Below, one piece after another: positions 1-13,878 of a stretch of 64,000 nt of DNA. A model generated the notes under the pieces. The model was not told the DNA's origin, ran no database searches, and saw nothing but the letters and a program-made list of their open reading frames with translations. A program made the translations under genes and the position numbers. This DNA is from Phoronis australis (lineage: Eukaryota > Animalia > Phoronida). Numbering within the stretch: the first letter of the stretch is position 1; the number at the start of each line of letters is the position of its first letter. The stretch is taken from NCBI GenBank assembly GCA_002633005.1, contig NMRA01000076.1, positions 310,001-374,000 on the forward strand, read 5' to 3'.

Positions 1-252
1 AGTGCCTCTGGGAAAAATTTGAGCGATTTGAAAATAAGACTGACTAGACCACTGCTTACCAACATCTTAAAGTTCAGTTTTAGTAAAATGTTAACTTAAA
101 AAGTAATAGGTATCTGGAAGTGCTTCAACAGATTTGGGTGCATGATGGACAGGCTGATGTACCGAGAACTTGGTATCTGGCACAATAAGATCCCGCCATT
201 GTCGCAAAAAATGCAATAAAATTTGAACGCTACTTGAAATGAAATAACTCAC

Positions 253-418
253 CAACTTTGATCGGAACAGGGCCTGCCATGAATCGCCATTGGTATTCAA
301 AGAATGTAATGTCCTTGGTCGGCACAGGAACCTGACCGGATAGACAAAACTCCGAGCCACCGGGAAATTCCCCTGCTGTTCCAAACACGGCGGTAACAAG
401 ATATTCGACCATGTTCAT
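253..418 (-). CDS. LLTP-like gene exon 32 (last one located; gene probably continues left of the window)
   Basis: ttctag|MNMVEYLVTAVFGTAGEFPGGSEFCLSGQVPVPTKDITFFEYQWRFMAGPVPIKV|gtgagt. Confidence 0.85.
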
Positions 419-856
419 CTAGAAAGACACCACTGTGACATTAGGGTTGTGTAAAACCCTATAAAATTGTCAAAATTTGGTTAACTTTGAACATATCTCA
501 AAAATACATAATTATGAAACTCTTAGTTTGCCATGCTTTTTGCATAATTTTCCAGAACCATGCTAAAAATTCTTTTTAAAACGTTCAACTTTTTCATCAA
601 TGACTTGTGATTTTCATGCAAAAATTTGCATAAAACAAAAACAAAGTGATTAGAAAAAAGTAACTGGGTTTTTGAGATCCCATCTTGAGAACTTATTGTT
701 GATACAGTTGTTTTAGTGCTCAAAATGGTTCACTCTTTTTATTGAATTTTACTCAAAAGACAAGGTCACATGTCTGGTAGATTATTTGTAAAAAGTCAAA
801 AATCCAAGTTTTCAAACAGAATTCAACTAAAATCTTATGCATTGGCAATGTCTTAC

Positions 857-1002
857 GTTGGAAGATATGGCGTCTCTGATCTCGTTCATCAGTTGCATAA
901 TCTCGCTGCTCTTCTCTCCGCACATTATGAGTTCCGTCGTCAAATCAACCAACGGCAGAGCTTGCATACCCCGGGCATTTAGAGCATTGTCCGACTCACC
1001 GT
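857..1002 (-). CDS. LLTP-like gene exon 31
   Basis: tttcag|GESDNALNARGMQALPLVDL...EIRDAISSN|gtaaga. Confidence 0.82.
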
Positions 1003-2303
1003 CTGAAAGGGGCGTGGCAACAAAATCAACCAACAACACTTGACTGACACGGAAGCATAAACATTAAAATTGATAACCAGTGAAACAAGACACTAACTGT
1101 CCAAGAAATTAAATCTAATAACACATGACATTATTCGCAATCCTCATCTCGTTTTACTCTCATGCAACATAACTCGTGGCGTACCCCGCGCAAAATAGAT
1201 TACAATGATTGTGAAAAATATCAAATATCCGCATACCTGAAAGTCTATATTATGTTGTAAAACATGTAACAAAAATCAAACGGGCTGCACAAAGCACCGG
1301 TACTCACGTACTGGACTACGTTCTAATAGTAATTAAAATACAGGTAAAACACCGAACGGAAAAGTAGTTTATGATCGACATATGTCCCAAATAATAGATA
1401 AATGATACGTGCGCCGCAAGCTCGTTACCAGAGATGAAAAGGAGACCGAGGTAGGCGATATAAGGTCATTTATTATGACTAGTACAATTAATAAAATAAA
1501 TACACGTAAAAAAATGAGTTTTTGACGTACAATAATGTGGCCGAAACAAGGTGAACTGAAAGCGAGGTTAGGAAAAACTCCCCTAAAGACACATGACAAT
1601 CATCAGCCTATAAGAGCCAAGAGCTGACCAAACTCGAGGCACGTGATAACAGCCGACCAATGCGAAGGCTGGGAAACCGACGTGTAGTCCTACACAAGGG
1701 AATAATGGAATAGACAGACATGAGGGGGAAAAGGAGTAAGACAGGTCCATATGCTCACATCAATATATTAAACAAGTGAAATACCATTTCTCTTTGGGGC
1801 ATGGTAAATGCACCTAGATGAGGTTCTGTAACTGCTTTAAATTGGTTCATAACTAGCATGCAGCCCATTTTGAGAACATTGGGATGACCCAAGTTGTACA
1901 TCAGCTAAACGTGCCACGGATTTGTTGACCAAGTCTCATCTTCTGGGTTTCGCAATTCGGTGAAAGTACTGTGCAATTAGGCCAATAACCCATGTATGCA
2001 AACACTCGAGCCCAACTCTTATATGAATTCATTTCCATATCCTCATTTTGGAAGTAACACTAAAAATACCCTTTGTATCGATAAAAATATCAATATTGGA
2101 ACATATTGACAAGCCATGATGTGCAGCCCTATACATACACATTACATATCTTCACCCCAAATGCCTGAACCCAAACACACCCTTGTATGTGACCCTGAAT
2201 ATTCACGTTAGAGCATTATCGTAGCTATTTGACATGGTTAATGCTGATTTTCAGCAAAACTGAATGATATGAGGATACATGGTCTAGAATATTGACAACA
2301 TAC

Positions 2304-2525
2304 CACTCTTGATGTTGCACTTCAAGCCAGCAAATGGCGGGATCTTGAACGCGATATTCTTGAAGACGAACGTGTCGGGGATACACGTGGTCATGAAAGA
2401 AGAACAGAGCTGTGCCTTGCCAATAAGATAAATGTGACTGCTGTTGGCCGTCACATTAAACTGGAACTTAGCGACCATGGCATCCATTGTGGTGCTCACA
2501 TCCACGTCAATCTCTTTGATTTTTT
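2304..2525 (-). CDS. LLTP-like gene exon 30
   Basis: tttcag|KIKEIDVDVSTT...AQLCSSFMTTCIPDTFVFKNIAFKIP...CNIKS|gtatgt. Confidence 0.85.
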
Positions 2526-3429
2526 CTGAAATAAAACGGAACCAGAATAACTTAGATCCCGTGCAATAAATCAAGAGCAATGCAAATCATTGAAAAGTGC
2601 CCATAACAGCACTAGGAAGAGTTTGATGACGAGACACCAAACCATAATATATAAGTATGTCCCAAATTTCACCGTGATCATTGAAGCAATTTTTATACAT
2701 AATCAATGGACAAGCAATTAGGTAACAACAGACGACGGAATGTTGTCTATAAAAACATCGTGGTCGCATAGAAATCAGACGTGCACATGAGGTTTTTTTT
2801 AGAAAATTTGCTAAATGCAAAAAATGTTTGCGGATTAACTTTCACCTCCGAAAACGATAATTAGAGTACGCGACAACATACTTGAGTTAAGAATGGCTAT
2901 ATGCTTATTTTACCACAGAATCGCTTCTTTCCCAAGTAAATGCATTTTGAAATTGCTAATAATAGATGGGGAATACTAATTTCCAAATGTTATTATTGAA
3001 ATCATTACGTACTGTTCTCCCATGATAGAAAATAAAATTGAATGTGCTTCATCTGTCTTGTGCCATAATCCAATACATCATCATGTTTTGCCCAGAGGTG
3101 ACATGGCAGATCTAGGAATTGTTGTGTGGGAGAGGAGAAAAATCTGCTTAAGCCTTAAAAATGATTTGTTGATAGCATTTTATAGACGTCCAATAGGGTG
3201 TCCCAGCCTCCCTGGGAACCTCCTAAATCTGTCTGTGTGAGGTGTCAGCGGTCTTCCGGTGGCTTGCATCACTTGCATTTATTTCTAATAATTTACTTTA
3301 TGAAACCACTAACTTAATGGGTATAGCCCAGGAGAATATGATAGCTAGCACACCATTGTGGAAAGTACTATCTGCCGTATGAGAATGTGATTAATAGGGA
3401 GTGTACACTGCACCGCATGTTAAACTCAC

Positions 3430-3645
3430 CAGCCAGTGTCATCTCCATGGTTTTCTGTTTAGGTGGAGAACCAACTTTGAAGACCAACTTTGGCCCACAG
3501 AGGTCAACACGGGTGTCTAGTCTCACCCATTGTTGGAGACACATGTACTTGATGGGCACAGCACAGGTCAGACCCATGCAGTCGAAGTGAGGCTCGCAGT
3601 AAACATCGAAACCAGTCATGATTCCGCCCAAGAAGTGGGGACACT
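3430..3645 (-). CDS. LLTP-like gene exon 29 (Cys-rich module)
   Basis: ttctag|CPHFLGGIMTGFDVYCEPHFDCMGLTCAVPIK...VDLCGPKL...MTLA|gtgagt. Confidence 0.87.
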
Positions 3646-4110
3646 CTAGAAAAGATATAATAATTCATATGTTTGGATGAACTATCAAAGGGATTTGCTT
3701 CAGGAACAGTGACACAATCCCATTCGTCAGAAATGCTGGTTTACACTCCACACACATATCCAACTTTTAGCAAAAGCGCAAAGTCTCAGAGAGTATTTCC
3801 ATATGTTTATAACTAACGGTTTACGAGATAATTCATTTTTTAAAATTATTTCTAGACTGTTGTGCTGGCTAAACCTTTATTCAGCAACTGTGAACCGAAT
3901 CATCAGGTAAATTTTTGACCTATTAGTCTTCAGACACTTTTCATGGAACAAACTGAAATACGTGTCCCACGCATATGATGAATGCGTTCAGGTCAATCTC
4001 CCCATGTTGATCAACTGTCACTTCCATCTCAAACTATTCAGATGTTAAAGTCCATGCAGCACTATCTTTAGTTCACATAAATATATCTTAAACTGGCGTA
4101 GAAATATAGA

Positions 4111-4220
4111 TCACAAACATTTTTAAGTCTAGTCTGCACGCCACCTGTTGGCCACATCACAATAGGTTACGTGATGTGGCTGCCAGGTGACATGCAGACC
4201 AGACTAAAAAATATTTGTGA
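4111..4220. repeat. Imperfect foldback (~50-bp arms, 10-nt loop), probable MITE
   Basis: tcacaaacattttt...gccacatcac pairs with gtgatgtggc...aaatatttgtga. Confidence 0.7.
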
Positions 4221-5134
4221 GTTTTAGTTCGTGTTTTTAGTTGGAACCCTTTGTTTTTTAAATACAGCAAATGAGCACTGCTACCGATACATGACAAAAC
4301 CATAGACAGAATGGAGTTCACCGATTGGTTCCACAGAAACGTTTAACACGGCTAAGATGATGCAATTTTGGCTTGATCTAACTAGCGCTGTGTGGGTATA
4401 ATTCTCGCAAATATGGTAAATTAATGTCAACTGTGCCCAAAGGTCTACGAGGCATTACTGGACACTGACCTCAATTTTTTTGGTAACCAGTGCAGTAGTA
4501 TCACACAAATTTCTGACTAAAATAATGGAATTATTTTTGTTTTCCTAACTGTTACGGTGAGAAAAGTGATTTTTTAAATTAGCTCCAGCCCAAACAGGAA
4601 ACTGGAGCCTTCTCTGTTACAGCCAAAACACTCAGCTCAGGAGCTAAATCACAGCCAAAAAACACAACGACCGAGTGTTTTAAGAATATATAACTGGAAA
4701 AATCACTGACCTTGATTTCAGCAAATGTCAGGCAGACAGTGGCAAGTATTGTAGATTAGTCATAAAATCACAAAACACGACAGCTTTCATTGTTTTACAG
4801 CTCTGACCAAAGCTAATGACTATAAAAAGCCTATCGTACCAATAATAATGATCCAAAATGAGTTTTACAAATGTAAAAATGACAATGTCCCTTGAAAGCT
4901 TCCAACTTTGCCTCGTATGCCTGCAATTTTAAGAACACTGGCTGATGGTTAGCCACAGTGCTTATCATGATAACGAATGTAATACAACGGTGCCATTTAT
5001 CATAAGAATAAAATGAGAAAATGACATAAAACTTCAAAAAGATTGTACTCTAAATTTTCTCTGTAACATTAAAGTTTCATTCTCTGGAACAAGTAAACCC
5101 AATAATGTGTCATATGACTCATATTTGGACGTAC

Positions 5135-5266
5135 TTCCGTATATCGCCTGGAAGAGCTTGTTAATCAGCGCCCCTCTGTAACCGTAACCGTCTTTTCCAT
5201 ATTTACGCAGCTTCCTGTTAATGGTGCTAGGCGACCAAGTCTTAGGGTTGGTCACTGAGAACTTGT
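5135..5266 (-). CDS. LLTP-like gene exon 28 (SAP-like motif)
   Basis: ctacag|KFSVTNPKTWSPSTINRKLRKYGKDGYGYRGALINKLFQAIYG|gtacgt. Confidence 0.82.
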
Positions 5267-5308
5267 CTGTAGGAAAACAATTAGAAAATTATTATAAAAA
5301 TAGGCATC

Positions 5309-6650
5309 ACACAAGAGCAACACAGTGCCTTGAAATGTGCCCACGACTGCACCACAAACACCATGCTTCTAGTGGTGTTTATTAGCATCATAGAAATGGC
5401 TATTCAAGATGGTGCAGAATATGTCGAACCTGTCCAAAAATTGAAAACTGTTGTAGTCTACTTGACAAAATTCATGAACATCCATCGAAGAATTTTAGAG
5501 AGAGGCAGACGTGAATTAAAAAACAAAAACTGCCACTAGGGGGCAAAGCAGTAATCAGATCCATCTATCTGCAGTCAAGTTAACAGGTATGGTATATACT
5601 GGCCAAATTTCCAACTGTATGAGAGATACAGATGAAGGTACAAAAAAGATGCCGTCCAAAGTCATGGGCAGCCGTCACATTTATTGGAAAACATTTAATG
5701 AAGATTCTGCAACGGATAAAAAACTATACCCATGGATGTAAACAACAACATCACCAGTAGGGGCCACCAAAGTTGTCAGACCTGTCGAAAAATCAACATC
5801 AGGCACGCTGTTCTCATCGTGCTGGAACACATATGCTATGTTTCAATTAATGAACCTTAGTTTGAGAAGTTAGGCGGACAAAGAGACAGATGCCAAAAAA
5901 TGGAATCAAACTAACAAAAACTAACCACTAGGTGGTGTGTCCTTAACAGAAAACTTTTTGGTACATTTCATGTAAATCTGACTGCAACTCTGAAGACATA
6001 GATGCAAACCTACAAAAATTAACAGGAGACTCAGCAGCAGTCGTATTAGCCAAAAACTCATCGCCATTAGTTGTCATCTCTGTGGGCACACATCTGTCAA
6101 ATTTCATAAAGATCCTGGAAAGGGTTACGGTGCCGGAGACGCAAAAACACAAAATCACAACCAGGGGGAGTCAGCATATACAAACCCATCTGAACAGACA
6201 TCTACCGCTGTGACAGTCTTAATCAGAAACACATTTGAAAATTTCTAGAATCATCCTTCCAGCAGTTTGGCAGATAGAGACCTGGACGCCAAAAACAAAC
6301 TCGTTACTGTTTTTTAAAATGGCCACTAGGAGGCGCAGAATACATCAAATCTTTGCTGTAAATGACAAAGAGTCGTCGTCTCCTTAACAGAAACCCAAAT
6401 GCCAAATTTCATGAAAATGCAGCAAGGAACTCCAAAGATACAGAGGCACATGTAAAAAATAAAATTGTCACTAGGGGGCACAGCTGTAGTCGGATCAGTC
6501 TGAAACTCATCGTCATCTGACATCAGCTTCATAAGAACAGATCTACCAAATCTGGAAGGGGTTTAGGAGATACAGCAGTGGATACTGGATGACAGACACC
6601 CAGACAAAGATGGCAGCAATATGCACCCAAACTTTTGGTGCACAATAATG
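5309..6650 (+). mobile_element. Modular non-autonomous repeat (HINE/DINE-like), copy 1, with CCACTAGRKGGC-bearing subunits
   Basis: Starts acaagagcaa; 145-235-bp degenerate subunits; ends gcaatatgcacc..hairpin..cacaataat; the same termini occur at 12645-12922 and 16366-17403. Confidence 0.65.
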
Positions 6651-7179
6651 GAAATGTTTAATTTTCTGCAGTAGCAGTGTTAATTTTCTTCTCCTTATTG
6701 ACTAATTAAGTGGTATAATTGCAGTTGCATCAGAATTAAATTTTACCCAGAAAGACGGTAACAGAGAATTACCATTGTTATATGAAAAATAATTGATTTT
6801 CAATATAAAACTGCAGCTGTGGTAAATAAACAAGAACTCAGATGTTAAACAATATATAAACAAGTCATTCAGTTTCCAAGAGAAACCGAGACTTTTCAGG
6901 GGATCATGTTCATGAACTTGAACAACTGAGGATATGGAATTTATAATGTTTTGAATTTGTTTTTGTCAGTGGTGAAATACGATCTTGCATCACAAAAGCA
7001 TTATTTTTCATAACGTAATTAATATATTAATAGAAAAGAATGAATAACTCATGTTAACTCAACAGGCACATTGTAAAACTGTTGACCACATATAGCACTA
7101 CACAATAGAGGGAGTTCCAGTAATTCGCCATGCGTACGCGACATCATTCACAGGGGTCAAAGGTCACACATTTGCTCAC

Positions 7180-7325
7180 CAGCACAAGCTTGCAGCTTCT
7201 TGATGACAATGGTCAGGGCATCCACTCTGTCCACAAGTTTTTTCTTCTTGAACAGATCCACAACAAACCGTAGTGTGTAATGACCAACATCAAATCTTTC
7301 AGCAATTTTCCAAATCTTTGATGTG
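7180..7325 (-). CDS. LLTP-like gene exon 27
   Basis: atccag|TSKIWKIAERFDVGHYTLRFVVDLFKKK...LQACA|gtgagc. Confidence 0.8.
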
Positions 7326-7566
7326 CTGGATAACAGATTGTGACAGAACTGGCATTTTGTCATCGATTCTGATGAACGTGAAGGAGTGATATGAAGCAAG
7401 ATGTGCAAAATCTTCACATATCAAATAAAATTTTGTTTGTGATAAATCTCCACGCAATATGTTGGACAAAAGAAACGTTACTCTTTTAAAATTCAGTTCA
7501 CTACTGAAAATGATCATTTTCAGTTTCCATACTATTGCAATCATCACACAATCAGAAAAATGATAT

Positions 7567-7813
7567 GGAGTCCGTTCCAAGAAATTGACTTAAGTTCATT
7601 TTTGACTTAAGTCTAAGATTTGTCCTAACTTCCAAACTCTGAAACTACCAGATGCAGTAAGACGGTCAAATTAAGACAAAACTTTTATCAAAAACTTAGC
7701 TCAAACTTCAGATCTCTTTCTTGAAACGATCTTGAGACAAATTTAAGTTTTATGTTAAAATTTACTATAAGTTAAGATTTGTCTTAGTTAAGTCAGTTTT
7801 GTTGGAATGGACC
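7567..7813. mobile_element. MITE family A copy (PIF/Harbinger-like termini), ~245 bp
   Basis: Terminal inverted repeats ggagtccgttccaagaaattgact...agtcagttttgttggaatggaccc; homologous to 11718-11969 and 31850-32079. Confidence 0.7.
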
Positions 7814-8239
7814 CATGGTCTGCAAGAGGATGGGATACACACAGTGGCATGCAGGAGGGAGGGGGGGTGCACCAGGCATTCACATGGGGGGCATCCAATC
7901 ATTGTGAATAAAATTTTTGAAATTGTGACTGATTTGTAGTCAGTATGAATTAAGTTTCTATTTTATGTTTCATCTTTTTCACTTTTCTTAGTACTACTGT
8001 AACAGTACGTGCATTTGAGTAGAGACAGGGGCATCCAATAAAAAAATTGCCCCATGCATGACCAAAACTCTGCATGCTACTGGATACATACCACTGGATC
8101 CATTCCAAGTTTTGCAACCTTATAACCTTGAAAGTAAAAAAAATCAAGGATATACACTAAAAATTTGAATCCCTAACACGATAATCAACTCACTTTAAAA
8201 AACTTTTGTGAAGCACCACCTACAAAAAGCTTAACTTAC

Positions 8240-8365
8240 TCTCCTCCAAGTAATGCCTTGACATCATTGACAAAATCAATGACACCTTTCAGTTGTTCTG
8301 ACAGAGGGCGCTGTGCCCTCATATCCACATTGGCAGGTCGGTAAGGTGGCTCAGGAGCTCTATAC
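8240..8365 (-). CDS. LLTP-like gene exon 26
   Basis: gtgcag|YRAPEPPYRPANVDMRAQRPLSEQLKGVIDFVNDVKALLGG|gtaagt. Confidence 0.8.
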
Positions 8366-8738
8366 CTGCACAAATTGAACCAAAGGTCAGACTGTATTTT
8401 TATAGAGCAATCAATGTTTTAGGGGACAAAAATATAAAACATGAAATTTTAACATTAAATTTTTATTTTCATTGCAAAATCATCAATTTGCACGTAATTA
8501 ATTATCATACCTTTTGCATTTTTCAGAGTTCAGAGCAGCAAACTAATAATTCTTCAAGGTTCAGTCAGCTCAGTATTCTCCAGTCCAGGGCTGCATCCGT
8601 AGTCGACAGAGCTTTGCCAAAACACATGATCATGCAAAACTTCTTCAGATATCATCATGCATTACAAGCAAAGCATCTGAAAATACTACCTACGCTCACG
8701 GAATTTTTGCATTTTGCAGATTACAGCACAGTTCTAAC

Positions 8739-8869
8739 CTGTTCGTGAATTCTCCTTGATTTCTTTTCATGTTTCGGTTCAACTTTTTGGACTGTTTATC
8801 ATTCTTGTCTGCAAACGCACCAGAATCTGCCCGCCTGCCCAGGTGTGTGACTATGCGGTCATTGCACTC
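8739..8869 (-). CDS. LLTP-like gene exon 25
   Basis: ttgcag|ECNDRIVTHLGRRADSG...QGEFTN|gttaga. Confidence 0.78.
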
Positions 8870-9356
8870 CTGCAAGAAGCGACAGTTTACAGCACAGGTC
8901 ATAGAAAAGGGATATGTATAACTCCCATATTTTCTTTTGGAATTCCTAGAGAGGGCCCCACTCACTTCCTATGCTCAATTCAGCTTCCACTTAGTGAGCA
9001 GAGGACGTACTTGGTGGAAGTTAAACATGCCATAACACCAGGTGTCACTAGTGAATATAGTAATGCCTGTATGGTGCCAAAGAAAGAACTATTGAAGCCC
9101 AAGGTAAAATCACGTGCCCCTAGCGAAAAAGGGGTGTCACAGAAAATATTGCGAACTTGTAAGAGTACCCTAGCAAAACAAACACCACTGGAGTGATATT
9201 GGTCAGCAAAACCATTAAATTACAGAAGAACACAGTACGTCAACACAATCTTTGTCCCATAAGGCCAAGATTTCTCACTGTGTCTCCTGAGAGAAGCAAA
9301 GGGGTCCTTTGACAATCCGGGAATCTCACTAAAGTAAAACTCCCACAATTCCTCAC

Positions 9357-9588
9357 CTGCACCCAACTGGGAAAGAGAGAGTTCCTCTCCGTGTACTTAG
9401 TAGGATCCACCCACTCGCCATCCTTCTTCAGCTCTTTCACTTTCTGGGAAGACCTCATTCTGCGATAGCTTTTGGGCACCTTGCGCACACTGACAAACAT
9501 GAAGTTCTTTTGCCTGTCACCAGGGGATGCTTGCATCGTTCCAATTTGCTCACCAGCCTTTGCTGGCTTCCCGCTTGATGTAACTGCC
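9357..9588 (-). CDS. LLTP-like gene exon 24 (M23-like C-terminal half)
   Basis: aaacag|AVTSSGKPAKAGEQIGTMQ...NFMFVSVRK...GEWVDPTKY...WVQ|gtgagg; KAGEQIG and VDPTKY are M23/LECT2 hallmarks. Confidence 0.88.
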
Positions 9589-11524
9589 CTGTTTGATAAC
9601 AGAAAGCAGGCCATCTAACAACTGTTTAAGATATAAATGAGCATTGGATATTTCTGCAGTGATGCATTAAAGACTGAAGTCAAGGTTTCAGAAGAAAAGT
9701 TGAATCAGGTGTTAGTAAGAATATGATGACTTGAATCGGACCCACTCACAATAATGACCATTTTCACAAGCGTACAAGTCACAGGCTTTTGGGTTTGGTT
9801 GGCTTGTTGCTAGCGCAGTTTACACTTCTGACAACATGAGAATGGTGACAGCAGTCAACCTTTTAATTACTTTTTCAAATAGAAAAACATGACGCAACAA
9901 CCAACCACAAAAAAAAACTTTAAAAAGATCCAATCAAGCAAAAACAAATATCAGCACTAGACACAGTGAGCTGCAGCTCGCACTTGCAACCTGAAACTCC
10001 GAAATACAGCATAGCTTTGAGGCACCTTGTATCAATTCGCAACATTCGACCTAATTTCCAACGTATGCGACCTGAGTTTTTATACTTCTCGGCAGATACC
10101 AGGCAAACATGAAGTAGCTTTTTTGAGCAAATTCGGTCGTTCTTTGGTTGTTGCCAAATCAAGTTTAAAAGAACACTAACACAGAACAATCCTGTCGATG
10201 ACTTTGTGAACATGTCGTGTGAACATGGGATAATGCAGAATTGATCTTCGACGCGTTGGCACTGGCGAGTGATTTCGGCTACTTTTGCCAAGGGCTGAAG
10301 AAAATTTCGGATCACAGCATAATTCGCGATACAACATCACAAAACAGCCATGTTTCCTCTATTCTTAAACGGTCAACTTACCAAAACTTTGTGGTGGAAA
10401 TTTTTTTTATTTTTCATGTAAGATGTCCTGGTTATCCAATTGAAATATCCCCAAGACAATATCGCACTGCGGCACTGCAACTGGTCATGTCCCACTGCTT
10501 GCGTGCAATGTCCTGGCAGATGATCACAATTTGGAAATGTCGTCAAGTAACAGACCGTTTCAATTTGCATTTCATTTTTATCACAAAAGATAGCAGCACA
10601 TGAAAGTGACAACCATACTAATAGCCAAACGACAGCCACGACTTAATTTAATTGTCTTTCAGCAGAGTAGTTTTGAGTCACGAAGAAATTCTCAAACCCT
10701 TGAGCACCCACATGAATGAGCCATCTCTCAATCACACGTTTGTGGCAATGTACTCCAGCGAGTGCACCACTCCAAAGCCCCACATAAAAAGAGAACAGCT
10801 GCAGTCCTACGTAAAAGAGCGCCCTGGAGTTTATTTGACAGAAAACTTAGACCTCCGGCAGTTATAAATGACCCTGCGCTTTACAATATTTAACGAGCTC
10901 AAGGCTCAATGCTCTTCAGAACCACTATTCTCCCCCATCTATGCTCATAATGCAACTTAAACAGGTAGACACAAAAATCTGGTTAGCGAACTTTTTATTC
11001 TTCTCTTCATTCACCCCCCAGCTTACCGCCAGTTTTTCACCCCCCGGGTTGTCAGTCGATCACATCGTAGATTTTTTTAAACTAGATTGGAAACAATATT
11101 GACCAGCTGAAGAAGGCCAATTAGAGACAAAATAATTCTAGATGCCTAAATAGGGTAGGTGGTAACAATATTCACACACTCATGCAAGCCTATATGGAGT
11201 TTGTCAAACAAACTCGTATTATAACTGGTCTTACTATTGCAGTCTTTCAATGTCTAGTACCGCAAACTTCATTTGGGATAATGACCATGCACACATACGC
11301 ACCATGTCACTGTACAAGGCAACACTTGTATTTAACTTTCAGGCACACTTGCTATTTTCACAGGATTCAAAATCTCGCCGTTTTTATACACTTTGGGGGG
11401 ATGGAGAAGGTGGAGAAAAACGTACGGTTTGTACACTCTCGTGAAAATGGTGACAATTGTGAAAATTCCCTCATTAATTTTCAAAAGATCCTGAAACCTT
11501 GTCAGTACATACGTTCTGAGATAC

Positions 11525-11640
11525 TTCACGTTGTACAAGAAGATGACGTATTTCTTCAGACTGCCTTTTGTAGGTTCGATTCGAATTCTTTGACGAGGAA
11601 GTTTTTCATGGTAATAAACACCAGTCACTGGGGCGACAAC
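11525..11640 (-). CDS. LLTP-like gene exon 23 (M23-like)
   Basis: ttgtag|VVAPVTGVYYHEKLPRQRIRIEPTKGSLKKYVIFLYNV|gtatct; G..V.AP..G is the M23/LECT2 motif. Confidence 0.85.
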
Positions 11641-11717
11641 CTACAAAATCACAATAATTCACAGTCATCTAGTGTGCAACCTACGGTAACTGGATTTGTG
11701 GTTTAGAAACAAAGTTC

Positions 11718-11969
11718 GGGGCCCCGTTCCAAGAAAACTGACTTTATGTTAGCTAAATCTTAAATTTCAGCCAAGTTTAGGATAAAACTTACAATAAATT
11801 TACCTCAAGTTTGTTTCAAGAAGGAGATCTCAAGTTTGACTAAAGTTGTTGACTCGAGTTTCATCTTCATTTTGACTAACTTACCAGATGTGGAAGTTTC
11901 AATGTTTGGAAGTTTTAACTTCTTAAAAGACAAATCTTAGACTTAGGTCAGTTTCTTGGCACGGGCCCC
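11718..11969. mobile_element. MITE family A copy (opposite orientation)
   Basis: ggggccccgttccaagaaaactgac...gtcagtttcttggcacgggcccc. Confidence 0.75.
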
Positions 11970-12644
11970 AATATTCTAAATATAGGACGGCATGTTCAGA
12001 GATTTCAATCTTTGATTGTTAGATGTCACAAGAGTACAATAACAAGGGTTGAACTGTGGCAATATAAGGCATCCACAATAAATATTCCAGTAAACTAAAA
12101 TAACAGTTGAAGAATTCTAAAAAGCGTCACTAAGCAAAATCAACTGAGTGAGAGTGACGACAAAGACAACAACACCCAATATGACGACACTCACGACTCC
12201 ACTGATGACACAGGAAATAACAATAAAAACGCAACCAGCACTGCAACAAGACCAAGGCTGATGTGCCAAAATGACAGCAACACCACCAGTTACGATACAT
12301 AACTTCAGTGAGTTATCGAGCAGGATCTACCAAAATGGTCCAGTTGGATTTGAACCTAGACCACACTGCCTCCACAAGACTACAAGGACTATACAATTAG
12401 GTAAAAGTCACAAACAGGGGCCCCATGTTTTGAGAACCAGTTTTGTCCACCTAACAACAGGTATCGAACTGGTTCTCAATATACAGGACCCTCTAAGTGA
12501 CTACGGCCCTCAATGCCACGTTCCTGCATGCGCTGCGTCAAATTATTTCAAATTTCTATCATCAGAGTTGCAGCCCACAGTCCAGCAGTAAAACTCCACT
12601 GGCATTGGAAAGTCCAGTATATTAATGCAGCTGACAAAACTTAA

Positions 12645-12922
12645 GCAAGAGCAACACTGGAGCACTGACGTGCGCTCACGGTGCATCGCAAATGATACAT
12701 TTTTAGGGGTAAAGCTAAGATACAATACGGCTGCTTAACCAATTTGACCACAATGGGCAGCAGCAGCGAAGTATTGACATGAGATGTTCTAATAATGCCC
12801 TACACCCTTGCGCCAAATTTCATCAAAATTGGACAAGGCATTTTTGAGATATCGAGCAGACACCTGGATGCCTGGACAAAGTGACAACAATACGCAACCA
12901 CATGATATGTGGGAGCATAAAA
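12645..12922 (+). mobile_element. Short copy of the same modular repeat family
   Basis: caagagcaacac...gcgctcac start; aaatttcatcaaaat...gagat core; caatacgcaaccacat..atgtgggagcataaaa end. Confidence 0.55.
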
Positions 12923-13878
12923 GAGTACAGTGGTGTGAAAAAGAGGCTATAAATATATATCTATACCAGTCCTTTATATATGTAAATGGTGCAAGCCTGG
13001 ATATATTATGTTAAGTTTTCTGACCTAATTCTCTGTACCATTATTATACTGTTTTTATGATGTATTGCAATAAAAAATACTGCAACATTCAAATGTCGAG
13101 TAATTCGAAATGGCCATGTTGATTCAGCAATATCTACTCCTTGTCTGTTTTCCTCTGAGTTTCCGTCAGATTTGAACAAAACTCGTCAACTTTTTTAAAA
13201 ATTCATTATTGCATTCACACAAAAATTCATTTTGGTAAGTAATAAGAAAATGCATGCCAATAACCTTTAACACTTTTTATACATTCAGCAATCCATAAAA
13301 ATATCCCAATATGAAATAAAGGGGAAATGGGAGATATTGTAATAAGTTGCCAGAATCACTAATTGGCAACATTCGTACTTACACAATGACAACTGGCCTG
13401 TAACTGCAAGAAAGGCAGTCCAATGTTGGGTGAAAATAAACCAGCAGACGTATGCAACGCATAACTGCCAACATTCGAAAATGAACAAGCAAGGCATCCG
13501 GATTTAGTACACAACATTAGGAGCAACTGCTCATCACGGCATGCAGAAACACCACAACAGCATTTTTAGTCATGTTTGTGATACAGAATAAGGAAGTTGA
13601 ACGGGTAAATCCTATACAAAAACGCAAAGTTTACTTGCGTGTGTCAAAAAGTAGGAGGATGCGGGACATTCCCGCGACAAGTGAGACAGTTGGCAAGTAA
13701 GGCTTACGTAACCATGGTAACCTAGCTTAGCTACTTTAGGTTTCCTTGATTTTCAAAACACTCACGATCGAGAAACCAGGAACCATGAGGCAAATAACTC
13801 TTAAATGATTTTCTGACTTTACATAAGAGGTAGCACTTCGGACAAAAAATTAAAACCAAGCTGTTGTGTTCATCTCAC

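Noticed and set aside
91-176. Possible terminal exon of the LLTP-like gene (ccag|DTKFSVHQ...FLS*)
   Set aside because: In frame after a 76-nt intron, but it would end the protein mid beta-strand region with unconvincing sequence; not called without cDNA.
8756-11706. + strand ORFs of 120-174 aa
   Set aside because: Antisense shadows of real minus-strand exons or intronic repeats; no coherent + strand gene.
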